A stretch of DNA of 15,195 nt from an uncultured Deinococcales bacterium. GTDB taxonomy: Bacteria; Deinococcota; Deinococci; Deinococcales; JAAFIG01. The notes under the pieces are model-generated. The model ran no database searches, was not told where the DNA came from, and saw only the letters and a list, made by a program, of their open reading frames with translations. The translations under genes and the position numbers were made by a program. Each line of letters starts with the position of its first letter. Within the stretch, counting starts at the first letter, position 1. The stretch is from contig CAXTKV010000130.1 of the NCBI GenBank assembly GCA_964244895.1, positions 1-15,195 of the forward strand. The letters run 5' to 3'. Positions 1 through 8,250 of this stretch are shown one piece after another.

Positions 1-1
1 G

Positions 2-322
2 GACTTTCGACCTCAAGAACGTGAAAAGTTCTGGGCGTTGAACGAACGACCCCAGGTTGAAGTGGCCAATGTTGAACTGCGTTGCGAGTGGATGCGAAAA
101 TTGATTGTGGTGCTCGAGATGATCGAATACGACTTTGAGACCTTGGCGCACGTCCTGCGGAATGAAGTTTACCTGCCATTGGCGTTGTTTCGATCCATAA
201 AAAGGAATCGGTTGGTGGTTGCGTTTGGCTATGCGATTGACGATGCTCAAACCAACGATTGCAAGCCTGATTGGGATTTGTGTTGGTACCGTGCGGGTTG
301 GATTCCAGACTGGCAATTGTAA
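2..322 (+). CDS. Hypothetical protein, 3' part (frame open to the left window edge)
   Basis: Frame is stop-free from position 2 (DFRPQEREKFWALNERPQ...) to TAA at 320-322. No family motif recognised. Confidence 0.4.
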   Translation, partial: DFRPQEREKFWALNERPQVEVANVELRCEWMRKLIVVLEMIEYDFETLAHVLRNEVYLPLALFRSIKRNRLVVAFGYAIDDAQTNDCKPDWDLCWYRAGWIPDWQL

Positions 323-822
323 TTGTGCTCTAAACGAAATCATTGTGAAATCCCCTCATGCAAATCAAAAGGAGCGAATTCAAATCAGCGTGCAGTAAGC
401 CAAAAACCATTTTTCGGGTTAGTTGCTAGCGAATCCGTCATTCACACGAAAAGAGTTTAAACTGTTGTCATTGACGGGTTAGGCAAAGGGCTTTTACGCC
501 TGTAGTTGGGGTAACGGTAAAGTAAAAACGAAAACGGCAATAGGTAAAATCCAACCTGTTATACACGCAATAGGTTGTAATTCTGTTTCTGGTAAGCATT
601 TGTGACAAAAATCATCGTTATTCACGTGCATTTTAAATCAAAGTCCCTTGAACTCAATGTGCTTGAAATAGGGGTCTAGTGATAGTAAAAAACGAAAATC
701 GGGTTATCCCCCAAGGGTACTGTCATTCTCACATCTGTTGATCCCAGAAAGCCTCAACATTCGGATCACGAAACGGATGTAAATCACCCTCAAGTACATC
801 TCGTGACAACCAGAACTTGGAT

Positions 823-1017
823 TGGGTATGCCTTCGTGGACATGAAGTTTGGTTCAGAATAAGAATCGAGAAATATCATGTCAAACAAGTCAAAACGTAT
901 ACGGCAGAGTTAAAACAACAAGCCATCTAAGTCGCTGAGCGAGATGGAATGACCATCGGCTAGGCTGCTCGAGACCTTGGAGTTTTGCCCGCAGGATTGC
1001 ATCGCTGGATCAACCTT
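823..1017 (+). pseudogene. IS3-family transposase OrfA (HTH) remnant with probable left end, truncated by the IS5 element
   Basis: ATG at 878, then after one frameshift TYTAELKQQAI*VAERDGMTIG*AARDLGVLPAGLHRWIN (895-1014). This resembles the YT.EFK..AV...VARDLGV...L.RW pattern of IS3 OrfA. Stops at 928-930 and 961-963. A TG-starting putative left end at 823 is tentative. Confidence 0.7.
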
Positions 1018-1415
1018 GGATATGTTGACATCTACCTCAACCAAAGCATGATCGAAGCGAACTGCACAAACGCTAAGAAATTCCTCGCCATCTGATCAAA
1101 CCTCGAGAACACCCGCCTGAACTGCTTTAACTTGTTGAAAAAACATTCCACCAAATGCCATTCCTTGTAAAACTCCTTGTCATACACTCGCTGAACAACA
1201 CGATTCGCTTTCGGTGGAATCACCGCCTCAGCCAGCATTTCCTAAATCATCGACAGTACAGCATCCGAGTCGTAACCTTTATCTGCAATTATTCGCTCGG
1301 TTTCCCAACCCTTTAGCAACGCCTGTGCCTGCATGACATCACGACGATTTCCAGCCGTCAGAATAAATCGTAAAGGATTGCCCAGCGCGTCTACGACAGC
1401 ATGGATTTTCGTGGT

Positions 1416-1449
1416 GAAGCGACCATGCCCGCCAGGTGCGTTTTCTAGT
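1416..1449. repeat. Short inserted repeat, copy B (continues at 1637-1641 beyond the MITE)
   Basis: Non-transposase sequence between the GGF and TTKIH codons. Shares AAGCG..GCCCGnCAGGTGC..TTTT.....CAAGAA with 1904-1945. Confidence 0.6.
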
Positions 1450-1636
1450 CAGACTCTGTTGGCGAATTCCAAGGATGCGTTTTTCGGGGCAAAAAAATTG
1501 TTTAATCCAATTCAAAACGTAAAATTCGTATCCTAAAATAGGGTGCTGTAGGGGCGTTGCTTGCTGCGCCCTTCCCGAGAAATCGGAACGTGATTGGATT
1601 GCAGTTCATGAAAACCGATTTCGCCAATAGAGTCTG
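1450..1636. mobile_element. MITE-like non-autonomous element, 187 bp
   Basis: 17-bp terminal inverted repeats CAGACTCTGTTGGCGAA (1450-1466) and TTCGCCAATAGAGTCTG (1620-1636) match 16/17. GT flanks both sides (possible 2-bp duplication). It interrupts the transposase reading frame. Confidence 0.75.
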
Positions 1637-1903
1637 GTCAAGAAACCACCTTTGCTTCGTCCAAGGGCTTGCCCCTCTGCATCCCCCTTTTACCCCAGCG
1701 CTCGAGTGCGCTCGGACTACAGTGGCATCAATCATGATGCTTTCCATGTCGGCATCGTTGGCGAAATGCTCGAACTTGGCAGTCCAAATCCCTCGTTCTG
1801 CCTAACGGTCAAAACGCTTATAAATGCTGTTCCAGTCACCATATTTTTCGGGTAGGAGTCGCCATTGAGCACCACTGCGGGTCATCCAGAGGATGGCGTT
1901 GAT

Positions 1904-1942
1904 AAAGCGCGAGCAGCCCGTCAGGTGCTATTTTGCGAGCAA
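1904..1942. repeat. Short inserted repeat, copy A (39 bp)
   Basis: Thirteen extra codons including a stop separate CKRF from INAILW in orfA. Same motif as copy B. Confidence 0.6.
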
Positions 1943-2092
1943 GAATCGTTTGCAGTTGGTGGTTTTTCCAATGTAGAGGTCTGATCTGGTTTGAAGAAAC
2001 GCAAGAATTCTTTTCCATTGTTGTGTGGTGATTTTGATGTTGTTCACAATGAATTAGTACTAATTCCGAATGGGAAAGTCAACACAGCCTAG

Positions 2093-2131
2093 ATGTTATC
2101 TCTATGTTTTAGCATGTTGTCTCTATGTTTT
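2093..2131. repeat. Tandem 18-bp direct repeat, 21-bp period
   Basis: ATGTTATCTCTATGTTTT (2093-2110) and ATGTTGTCTCTATGTTTT (2114-2131) match 17/18. Confidence 0.7.
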
Positions 2132-2277
2132 GAATGATCTTGCTTGAGCGTTTTGAACTCGTGGAATACCCATTCGTCTTCAAAACCAAGTCAGTTAGTG
2201 TGTGTTTTTAACGTGATCAAGTGATGAACCCGCTCGAAAGGAACATCAACCTGGGAAAACCTTAATACCGTGCGCGT

Positions 2278-2496
2278 TTGATCTTAATTGGCTTGTTGTC
2301 ACTGTTTTTGGCTTTCAGCACCCTGGTTTCAAATGGTCAAGCCGATCGTTCCGGCTGTCACCACTGGCATTCGTGCCCATCGGACTCAGGTTCGTATGTC
2401 TACGGCGATCTAGGCTGGTGCTGCTCGATTGCTCTGGAATTCGATCAAAGGATGTGGTTTCCATTAAAATATGGTCACGCACTTGTGACTGTTTAA
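2278..2496 (+). pseudogene. Small secreted His/Cys-motif (YHYH-like) protein, probably degenerate or truncated
   Basis: Signal-peptide-like hydrophobic N-terminus followed by RSGCHHWHSCPSDSGSYVYGDLG, which resembles the GCHRWHSCPSD.GSY.CGD motif as I recall it. The start is poor and the tail is uninformative. Confidence 0.45.
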
Positions 2497-2602
2497 AGTT
2501 CAATTGTGTTGCTTTTGAAAACCATTGCCTCGGGCATCCAAGTGCCATAAATGTTTTGATCACCACGCTCGAGGCGGCAGTCAAGACGATATTGATGAAT
2601 GT

Positions 2603-3310
2603 TCAGCTTCCGGTCGCCGCAGGTAAGTAAAATAGACGGGGGTCGGCGGAGAGCGAAGCCTTGACGTAGACGCTCCAGTCATCGGCGAGCACCTCGAGCT
2701 TGCCAGATTCGACAGCCTCGAGCGCGATTCGGACCACCTCTGCCGGATCGAGCATCGGTCCGGTGTAGCCAGCGGTCATGTCGGTGTCGGCGGCTCCCAG
2801 ATGCAGTCCGGTCACGAGCGTGCCCTGAGCCGCTAACTCGAGCCGAATACCGTTCGTCAAGCTCCACTCGGCGGCTTTGGCGGCGGCGTAGGCGTTTGTC
2901 CCGTCGTGCGAAAACCATGACAACGCCGAGAGCACGTTTAGGATTGCGCCGCCGCCATTCGCGCCCAAGATTGGGGCGAAGGCGCGAACCACGTTCAGGG
3001 TTCCAAAGTAATGGGTGTCCATCTCGAGCCGGATTTTGTCGAGGTCGCCTCCGATCAGGTTGGAGTAGGTCGAGATCCCGGCGTTGTTGACCAGCAGCGT
3101 GATATCTGAGGCGACGGCTGCCGCTGCGCCCACCGAGGCGGGATCGGTGATGTCGAGTTGGAGCACCCGCACGCCGGGGATGTCGATGGATTCGGGTTTT
3201 CGAGCCGTTGCATAGACCCTGGCTCCCCGAGCGACAAGTTGTTCGGCGAAGTGTCGTCCAATCCCACGATTGGCTCCGGTCACGAGGGCGCTGCTGTTTG
3301 AGAGTTCCAT
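2603..3310 (-). CDS. Short-chain dehydrogenase/reductase (classical SDR), 235 aa
   Basis: TGANRGIG Rossmann motif, NNAG, catalytic S...YAAAK. RBS AGGAG upstream of ATG 3310. Confidence 0.93.
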   Translation of the reverse strand: MELSNSSALVTGANRGIGRHFAEQLVARGARVYATARKPESIDIPGVRVLQLDITDPASVGAAAAVASDITLLVNNAGISTYSNLIGGDLDKIRLEMDTHYFGTLNVVRAFAPILGANGGGAILNVLSALSWFSHDGTNAYAAAKAAEWSLTNGIRLELAAQGTLVTGLHLGAADTDMTAGYTGPMLDPAEVVRIALEAVESGKLEVLADDWSVYVKASLSADPRLFYLPAATGS

Positions 3311-3504
3311 GATTTTCTCCTGTTGGTTGATCGGTAGAATTGAGCTTAACGCTCCCGATGTATTTCAGTCTACGCATCACTTAAGAATCAGTAAATGGTT
3401 TAATGCGTCAGTTCTATATCTGTTTGCCTCAAATTAGAGTCAGTATTGAGATGAATGGCGATACATGCCTTGACGCGCCCCCCACTTTCAGCTAGCCTCG
3501 AGCT

Positions 3505-4422
3505 ATGGATCTTCTCAGCGATGTGCTCTCAGCCGCCGGGGTTCGCGGCACGGTCGCAGCGAGAATCGAGGCCGGAGAATCTTGGACCTGGTTGGCTCGA
3601 GATATTTCCAACGCCGCATTCCACGCCGTCACCGCTGGCACCGTCTGGCTCGGATTGCCCGATCAAACGCCGATCAAGCTTCAGCCTGGAGACGTGGTGC
3701 TGTTGCCGTCTGGCAGCGAACACCGGCTGGCGAGCGATGCCGAATCCATGAACCGTCCGCACCGGCAATCTGAATTCCGCCAGACGGACGGTGGACTGGT
3801 TCAAATCGGGACTGGACCGGTTCAGGCGCACGTGCTCTGTGCCCACTACCGCTATGATCCGGCGGTCTCGATCCAGGTGCTCGGGCTGCTGCCGAAAGTC
3901 GTTCACATCCGTGCCAATCACGGCGGCGGAAGTCTGGGCGACACTGTTCGACTCTTGGCTCGGGAGCTGGCGCAACCTCAAATGGCGACCGGAGTGGTGC
4001 TCAACAGCCTGGTGGACATTTTGCTGATTCAACTCCTGAGGGTCTGGCTCGCCTCCAGACCGATCCCGTCTGAGGTGTCCTGGCTCGGCGTTCTGTCCGA
4101 CCCGATCATCGGACTAGCCGTGACCAAGCTGCACGAAAACCCAGCCCGAGCCTGGACCATGGCGACGCTTGCCGCCGAGGTCAGGGTGTCTCGAGCCACC
4201 CTCTCGAGACGCTTCCCAGCCGTGGTCGGACAGACCCCCGGCGGGTACCTGACACGGTGGCGCATGGACTTGGCAGCCTTGCGACTCAGGGACAGCGACG
4301 ATAGCCTCGAGGACATCGCCCGCGATGTTGGCTACACGTCGGTTTACGCCTTCAGCCGCGCCTTCAGTCGTACCCGAGCGGTCGCGCCGGGACGTTACCG
4401 CATCGCCTCTCGTGTCCAGTGA
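3505..4422 (+). CDS. AraC-family transcriptional regulator with N-terminal cupin (Cupin_6 type), divergent from the SDR
   Basis: MDLLSDVL start, FHAV..G..W...LQPGDVVLLP cupin region, and C-terminal double HTH (WTMATLAAEVRVSRATLSRRF...IARDVGYTSVYAFSRAFSR..PGRYR). Confidence 0.93.
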   Translation: MDLLSDVLSAAGVRGTVAARIEAGESWTWLARDISNAAFHAVTAGTVWLGLPDQTPIKLQPGDVVLLPSGSEHRLASDAESMNRPHRQSEFRQTDGGLVQIGTGPVQAHVLCAHYRYDPAVSIQVLGLLPKVVHIRANHGGGSLGDTVRLLARELAQPQMATGVVLNSLVDILLIQLLRVWLASRPIPSEVSWLGVLSDPIIGLAVTKLHENPARAWTMATLAAEVRVSRATLSRRFPAVVGQTPGGYLTRWRMDLAALRLRDSDDSLEDIARDVGYTSVYAFSRAFSRTRAVAPGRYRIASRVQ

Positions 4423-4440
4423 TGAGGCTCATGCTTTGTC

Positions 4441-4485
4441 GCCTTAAGAACGAAAAACGCTTGACGCGTTTTTCGTAGTTAAGGC
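4441..4485. terminator. Long hairpin between convergent genes, probable bidirectional terminator
   Basis: GCCTTAA-GA-ACGAAAAACGC-TTGAC-GCGTTTTTCGT-AG-TTAAGGC: an 11-bp plus 7-bp stem starting 18 bp after the araC stop. Confidence 0.65.
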
Positions 4486-4608
4486 AGTGCGCCTTCAAGC
4501 TCAAATCGGCGCGACGACGTTGCCGTCCACCGCGTCCGCGCGGCGCTGCGCCCCGACGGTCTGGGTTCGGTAAACGTTTGTGCCGAACCAGATTGGCTAT
4601 TCGCCGAG

Positions 4609-6069
4609 CTATGGGCTGACGAGCGCCCGGGCACGCTCGAGCCAGCCGCACCACCCACTGTACAGGTCTTCCCGTCTGGCGAGATCGAGGCGCGGCTCGA
4701 AGGTCAGCGCGGCGACGCTGTCGGGCGTTTCCATCACCTCACCCGCCAGCATCGCCGCGCCGAGAGCGGTGGCCTCAGGATGTGCACCGACCTCGAGCGG
4801 CACGCCCAGCAGATCGGCTTGGCGTTGCATCAGGTAACTGTTGGCACTCAAGCCGCCATCGACGCGGATGGTGCTGGGGACAGACATGCCCGCCGCCCAG
4901 ATGGCGCGTGCGATGTCGGTCACACGAAAGGCGATACCGTCCAGGACGGCTTTAACAAGGTGGGCGCGGGTTGTGCCGGCGGTCAGGTCGGAGAACACGC
5001 CCCGCGCCCTCGGGTCCCACCAGGGTGCACCAAGCCCAGTGAAGGCGGGCAAGAAGCGGACCGAGGATTCGTCACGGACGCTCAGTGCCAGGTCGCTGGT
5101 CTCGGCGGGCGAGGCGGCGAGTCCGAGTCCAACCAGCCATTCGATGGCGGACCCCGCCGTGAAGACGCCACCATCGAAGGCGAAGGTACGCTCGAGCCTC
5201 GGCAATTCGCGGCTCCAGGCGACGCTGGAGAGCAGTGCCGACCCCGCCGAGGGTGGTGTGCGTCCGGCGTTGACCAGCGCAAAGCAACCAGTGCCAAAGG
5301 TGATTTTCATGGCACCCGGCGTGATGCAGCCGTTTCCGACCAGGGCGGCGGGCTGATCCACCAGGCTCGCCCGCCAGGGGATCGCGCCGCCCCAACTCGG
5401 GTGCTCGAGTGCTCCCCAGTCGGCACAACTCGGGCAAATCTCTGGCAGGGATTCGGCTGGCACGCCAAAGACCTTGAGCAGCTCAGCGTCCCACTCGCCA
5501 CGCTTGAGGTTGTAGAGTTGCGTGCGCGAGGCGGTGGAGTGATCGGTGGCGTGCGCAAGTCCCCCGAGGTGAAGCGCCATCCAGGCGTCGAGCGTGCCGA
5601 AACGCAATCGCCCCTCGAGTCGCGCCCGCCGCACGTTCTGGTCGTGCGCCAGCAGCCAGGCGAACTTGGCGGCACAAAAATAATCTGAAAGTTCGAGTCC
5701 AGTCAGTGCCCTCACGCGGGTCGCGTGACCCTCCAGGCGCAAACCTTCGCTCAGCTCGCTGGCGCGGCGGTCGGACCACACGATCACCGGGGTCAGTGCC
5801 CGCCCGTTTTGTGCGTCCCAGGCGAGGACACTCTCGCCCTGGTTGGTTAAACCCGCCGCCCGCACCGCCCGAGGTCCGCCGATCTTGGTGAGCACCTCGG
5901 CGACCGCCTCAGTCACGCTCGAGAGGATGTCCTCGGGGCGTTGCTCGACCCAGCCGGGGCGCGGGTGTTGGCTCTCGAGGCGACGGTACGCTCTGGCGAC
6001 CGCCCGAAGCCCGTCATCAAAGGCAATCACGGTCGTGCCCGTCGTGCCCTGGTCGATGCCGAGCAGCAT
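4609..6069 (-). CDS. FGGY-family carbohydrate kinase (glycerol-kinase-like), 486 aa
   Basis: GIDQGTTGT, PRPGWVEQ, TNQGES, FGTLDAW, TDHSTASRTQLYNL, KITFGTGCF, PAFTGLGAPWWD, RVDGGLSANSYLMQRQADL, EATALGAA. Confidence 0.92.
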   Translation of the reverse strand: MLLGIDQGTTGTTVIAFDDGLRAVARAYRRLESQHPRPGWVEQRPEDILSSVTEAVAEVLTKIGGPRAVRAAGLTNQGESVLAWDAQNGRALTPVIVWSDRRASELSEGLRLEGHATRVRALTGLELSDYFCAAKFAWLLAHDQNVRRARLEGRLRFGTLDAWMALHLGGLAHATDHSTASRTQLYNLKRGEWDAELLKVFGVPAESLPEICPSCADWGALEHPSWGGAIPWRASLVDQPAALVGNGCITPGAMKITFGTGCFALVNAGRTPPSAGSALLSSVAWSRELPRLERTFAFDGGVFTAGSAIEWLVGLGLAASPAETSDLALSVRDESSVRFLPAFTGLGAPWWDPRARGVFSDLTAGTTRAHLVKAVLDGIAFRVTDIARAIWAAGMSVPSTIRVDGGLSANSYLMQRQADLLGVPLEVGAHPEATALGAAMLAGEVMETPDSVAALTFEPRLDLARREDLYSGWCGWLERARALVSP

Positions 6070-7254
6070 TCAGCGCTCCCCTTTGGCGGGACTCACGCCG
6101 CGCAAGGCATTGAGCCGTTCCCACCAAGGCTGGGCGGTTTCGAATGGCGTGGGCGGCAACCTCGGCTGGTCACGCGCCTGACGCCGCATCAGACCGCGCC
6201 CCTCGAGCAGTCCGAGGGCGTACTCTGAAATGCCCAGGCAGGCTGAGAGTCCGGTCGAGCGAATCCCGGCGACGTGCAACACGGCGGGAACGCGCCGCGA
6301 AAATTCGATCAGGTAGTTGCGAGGGTGACCCACCGTGCGCAATCCTACCCAGGCGTTGACCGGCTCGAGCGACTCCAACTGTGGCACGATCTCGGCGCCC
6401 TTGCGATGGAGCGTCTTGAGGGTTGTGGGGTGCGGCGCCCAGTCGCGCTTGTCGGGCTGATCTTCGGCGGTCGGTCCGACGCAGAGGTGTCCGTAGAGCG
6501 TCGGGAAGACGAGCACACCCTTTGTGAATTCGTTCGGCACCGGCAGCAGGGTGTGGTTGACCAGGCTCGCCGTGCCGCGCGGGTAGACGATGAACTCGCC
6601 GCGCCGGGCGGTGATCTCGAACTCGCCGCCCGAGAGTTCGTCGGCAAACAGTCCCGCGCAGTTCACGGCAAAACGGGCGTGAATAAAGCTTTCAACCCCG
6701 CCGAAGGTACAGCCGACGCGCACCCCCTCAGCGTTGGGTTCGAGCAAGGTGGCGCGGCTGCCGAGCCGCACGTCCAGTCCCGCGACGAGTCGGCGCACGA
6801 CCTCAATCGGATCGGTGATTGCCTCGCCTGGAACGAGCAATCCAGCCCGTGCGGGCGAGTTTGGTTCGAGTTGGCGCAACCGTACCCTGCCGGCGATCTC
6901 GACCTCGACGCCGTTGTGCCTTGCTTTGTCGGCGATCTCCTCGAGCTTGGCTTCCTCGGGTTCGCTTCGTGCCAGGAGCAGCGCCCCCGGCACGCGGTAG
7001 GGTACGCCGAGCGCCGCGAAGATCGCGGACCAGCGTTTGGACTGGGCGCAAATCAGCCGCGTCTCGAGCGTCCCCGGCGTCGAATCGAAGCCGGTGTGAA
7101 GCACGCCGGAGTTGGATCGGCTGACCCCGGCGGCGAGTTCGGACTCGGACTCGAGAACGATCACGTTGGTGCCAAACCTGGCGAGGTCAAAGGCGATGGC
7201 AGCCCCGACGAGTCCAGAACCGATGACGACAACATCGCAGACCTCTGGAGTCAT
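6070..7254 (-). CDS. FAD-dependent oxidoreductase (DAO / L-2-hydroxyglutarate oxidase / GlpA-like), 394 aa
   Basis: DVVVIGSGLVG dinucleotide motif, SRSNSGVLHTGFD, VNCAGLFADE, RRGEF, TKGVLVFPTLYG..VGPTAED, AGIRSTGLSA. ATGA overlap with gntR, and its stop abuts the kinase start. Confidence 0.9.
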   Translation of the reverse strand: MTPEVCDVVVIGSGLVGAAIAFDLARFGTNVIVLESESELAAGVSRSNSGVLHTGFDSTPGTLETRLICAQSKRWSAIFAALGVPYRVPGALLLARSEPEEAKLEEIADKARHNGVEVEIAGRVRLRQLEPNSPARAGLLVPGEAITDPIEVVRRLVAGLDVRLGSRATLLEPNAEGVRVGCTFGGVESFIHARFAVNCAGLFADELSGGEFEITARRGEFIVYPRGTASLVNHTLLPVPNEFTKGVLVFPTLYGHLCVGPTAEDQPDKRDWAPHPTTLKTLHRKGAEIVPQLESLEPVNAWVGLRTVGHPRNYLIEFSRRVPAVLHVAGIRSTGLSACLGISEYALGLLEGRGLMRRQARDQPRLPPTPFETAQPWWERLNALRGVSPAKGER

Positions 7255-8033
7255 CGCGCACCGCCTTGGCGGCTTGATTTTGCGGCGTGGAGCGCCTCAG
7301 TTTGGTCACTCGAGGATTCGATCACGAAGCGCAGGCGGTCGGCACGCAACAGGTCTCTGGCAAACTCGATGGCACGGTCCTCGGCGTCCCAGGCGGTACG
7401 GATCAGCCTCAGCACCGGTCCGTCCGGCCACGCCTCGAGCGCGGTGGCCGCCTCGGGGTCGAGCAGGGTTGGCTCGAGTTCCTGGCGAAAGCGCACCGCT
7501 GCCAGTCCGTACCGTTCTCGCAGTAGCCCGTAGATCGAGGCGGTCAGGTCATGTGTTAAGAGGTCGGGGCAGAGTTTCGCCGGAAAGAACGACTCTTCAA
7601 GCGCCAATGGCTCACCGTTGCCGGTGCGGCGGCGCAGCACGCGGTGGATCAGTTCGACGCCGCGCAAGCCCAACGCTCGGACGGCTTGCTGGTCAGCCTC
7701 GCCCGCCCGCATGGTGCCTGCCTCGAGCACCTGAGCGCCCGGCATGACGGCGCGGCGTGCCAGGCGGTCGCTAAACCCGGCGACGCTCGAGAGCGGATGG
7801 TCGATCTTGACCCTGGCGACGAAGTTGCCGCTGCGCTCGCGCCGTTCGATCCGACCCCGCCGCACGAGTTGATCGAGCGCGTCGCGTACCGTCATGCGTG
7901 AGATGCCGTACTGGGCGGCGAAGTCACGCTCGCTGGGCAGGCGCTCGCCGGGTTCGAGTTCGCCAGCCTGGATGCGGGACTCGAGTTCGTCGAAGACTTG
8001 GCGGTAAATCGGGGTGGGTTTGGTGCTTGTCAT
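7251..8033 (-). CDS. GntR-family regulator, HutC subfamily (wHTH + UTRA), 260 aa
   Basis: PIYRQV...PGERLPSERDFAAQYGISRMTVRDALDQL...GSGNFV-like wing and a C-terminal UTRA-type region (RRRTGNGEPLALE...SIYGLL...RADR). RBS GGGAG upstream. Confidence 0.93.
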   Translation of the reverse strand: MTSTKPTPIYRQVFDELESRIQAGELEPGERLPSERDFAAQYGISRMTVRDALDQLVRRGRIERRERSGNFVARVKIDHPLSSVAGFSDRLARRAVMPGAQVLEAGTMRAGEADQQAVRALGLRGVELIHRVLRRRTGNGEPLALEESFFPAKLCPDLLTHDLTASIYGLLRERYGLAAVRFRQELEPTLLDPEAATALEAWPDGPVLRLIRTAWDAEDRAIEFARDLLRADRLRFVIESSSDQTEALHAAKSSRQGGAR

Positions 8034-8111
8034 CTTGACTCCCTTCGTTGGTCTGGGTTCATGGGTTTCGGTTCGTTCGTCGCCAAACCGCCAGGCGATC
8101 TTTTTGACAAA

Positions 8112-8127
8112 TCTGGACTAGGGCAGA
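8112..8127. promoter_or_regulatory. Putative HutC/GntR operator, proximal copy
   Basis: TCTGGACTAGGGCAGA, 14/16 identical to the copy at 8251-8266 and adjacent to TTGACA at 8104-8109. Confidence 0.55.
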
Positions 8128-8250
8128 TACTGAAATGATGATAGATGCGATTTGTCAAGAAGTCAATTGACCTCAAATAAATGCGGTACTGGCGTCAAGC
8201 TCTAAGGATCAAATTCTTTTAGTATTAAGGTTAGGGTATAACCAAGATCA

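Larger units (their letters stand above)
1032..2047 (-). pseudogene. IS5-family transposase pseudogene (orfA/orfB)
   Basis: From GTG 2047: ...QWKRILAFL...[41 protein letters not shown]...IDATVVRAH..AGVKGG. An A4G5 frameshift motif lies at 1683-1691. It continues GQALGRSKGGF/TTKIHAVVDALGNPLRFILTAG...ADKGYDSD...VIPPKANR...YKEWHLVECFFNKLKQFRRVFSRFD. Internal stops at 1928-1930, 1802-1804 and 1242-1244. Confidence 0.9.
1018..2089 (-). mobile_element. IS5-family (IS427-group-like) insertion sequence, degenerate, with nested insertions
   Basis: Terminal inverted repeats GGATATGTTGAC (1018-1029) and GTCAACACAGCC (2078-2089) match 10/12. The right flank is TAG. A split transposase lies between them. 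Confidence 0.85.

Noticed and set aside
1416..1945. Micro-insertions as CRISPR repeats
   Set aside because: Only two divergent copies about 490 bp apart, with no spacer-length periodicity, no cas genes and no typical repeat termini.
2679..3380. 233-aa alternative-frame ORF over the SDR
   Set aside because: Arg-rich off-frame translation of the SDR gene.
3365..3444. Four TCAGT repeats between the SDR and araC as AraC sites
   Set aside because: Only 5 bp long with irregular spacing (23, 20 and 32 bp). Plausible but unsupported.
4609..7254. Assigning glpK / glpA
   Set aside because: Substrate-binding motif changes and the missing Fe-S domain make glycerol specificity uncertain.
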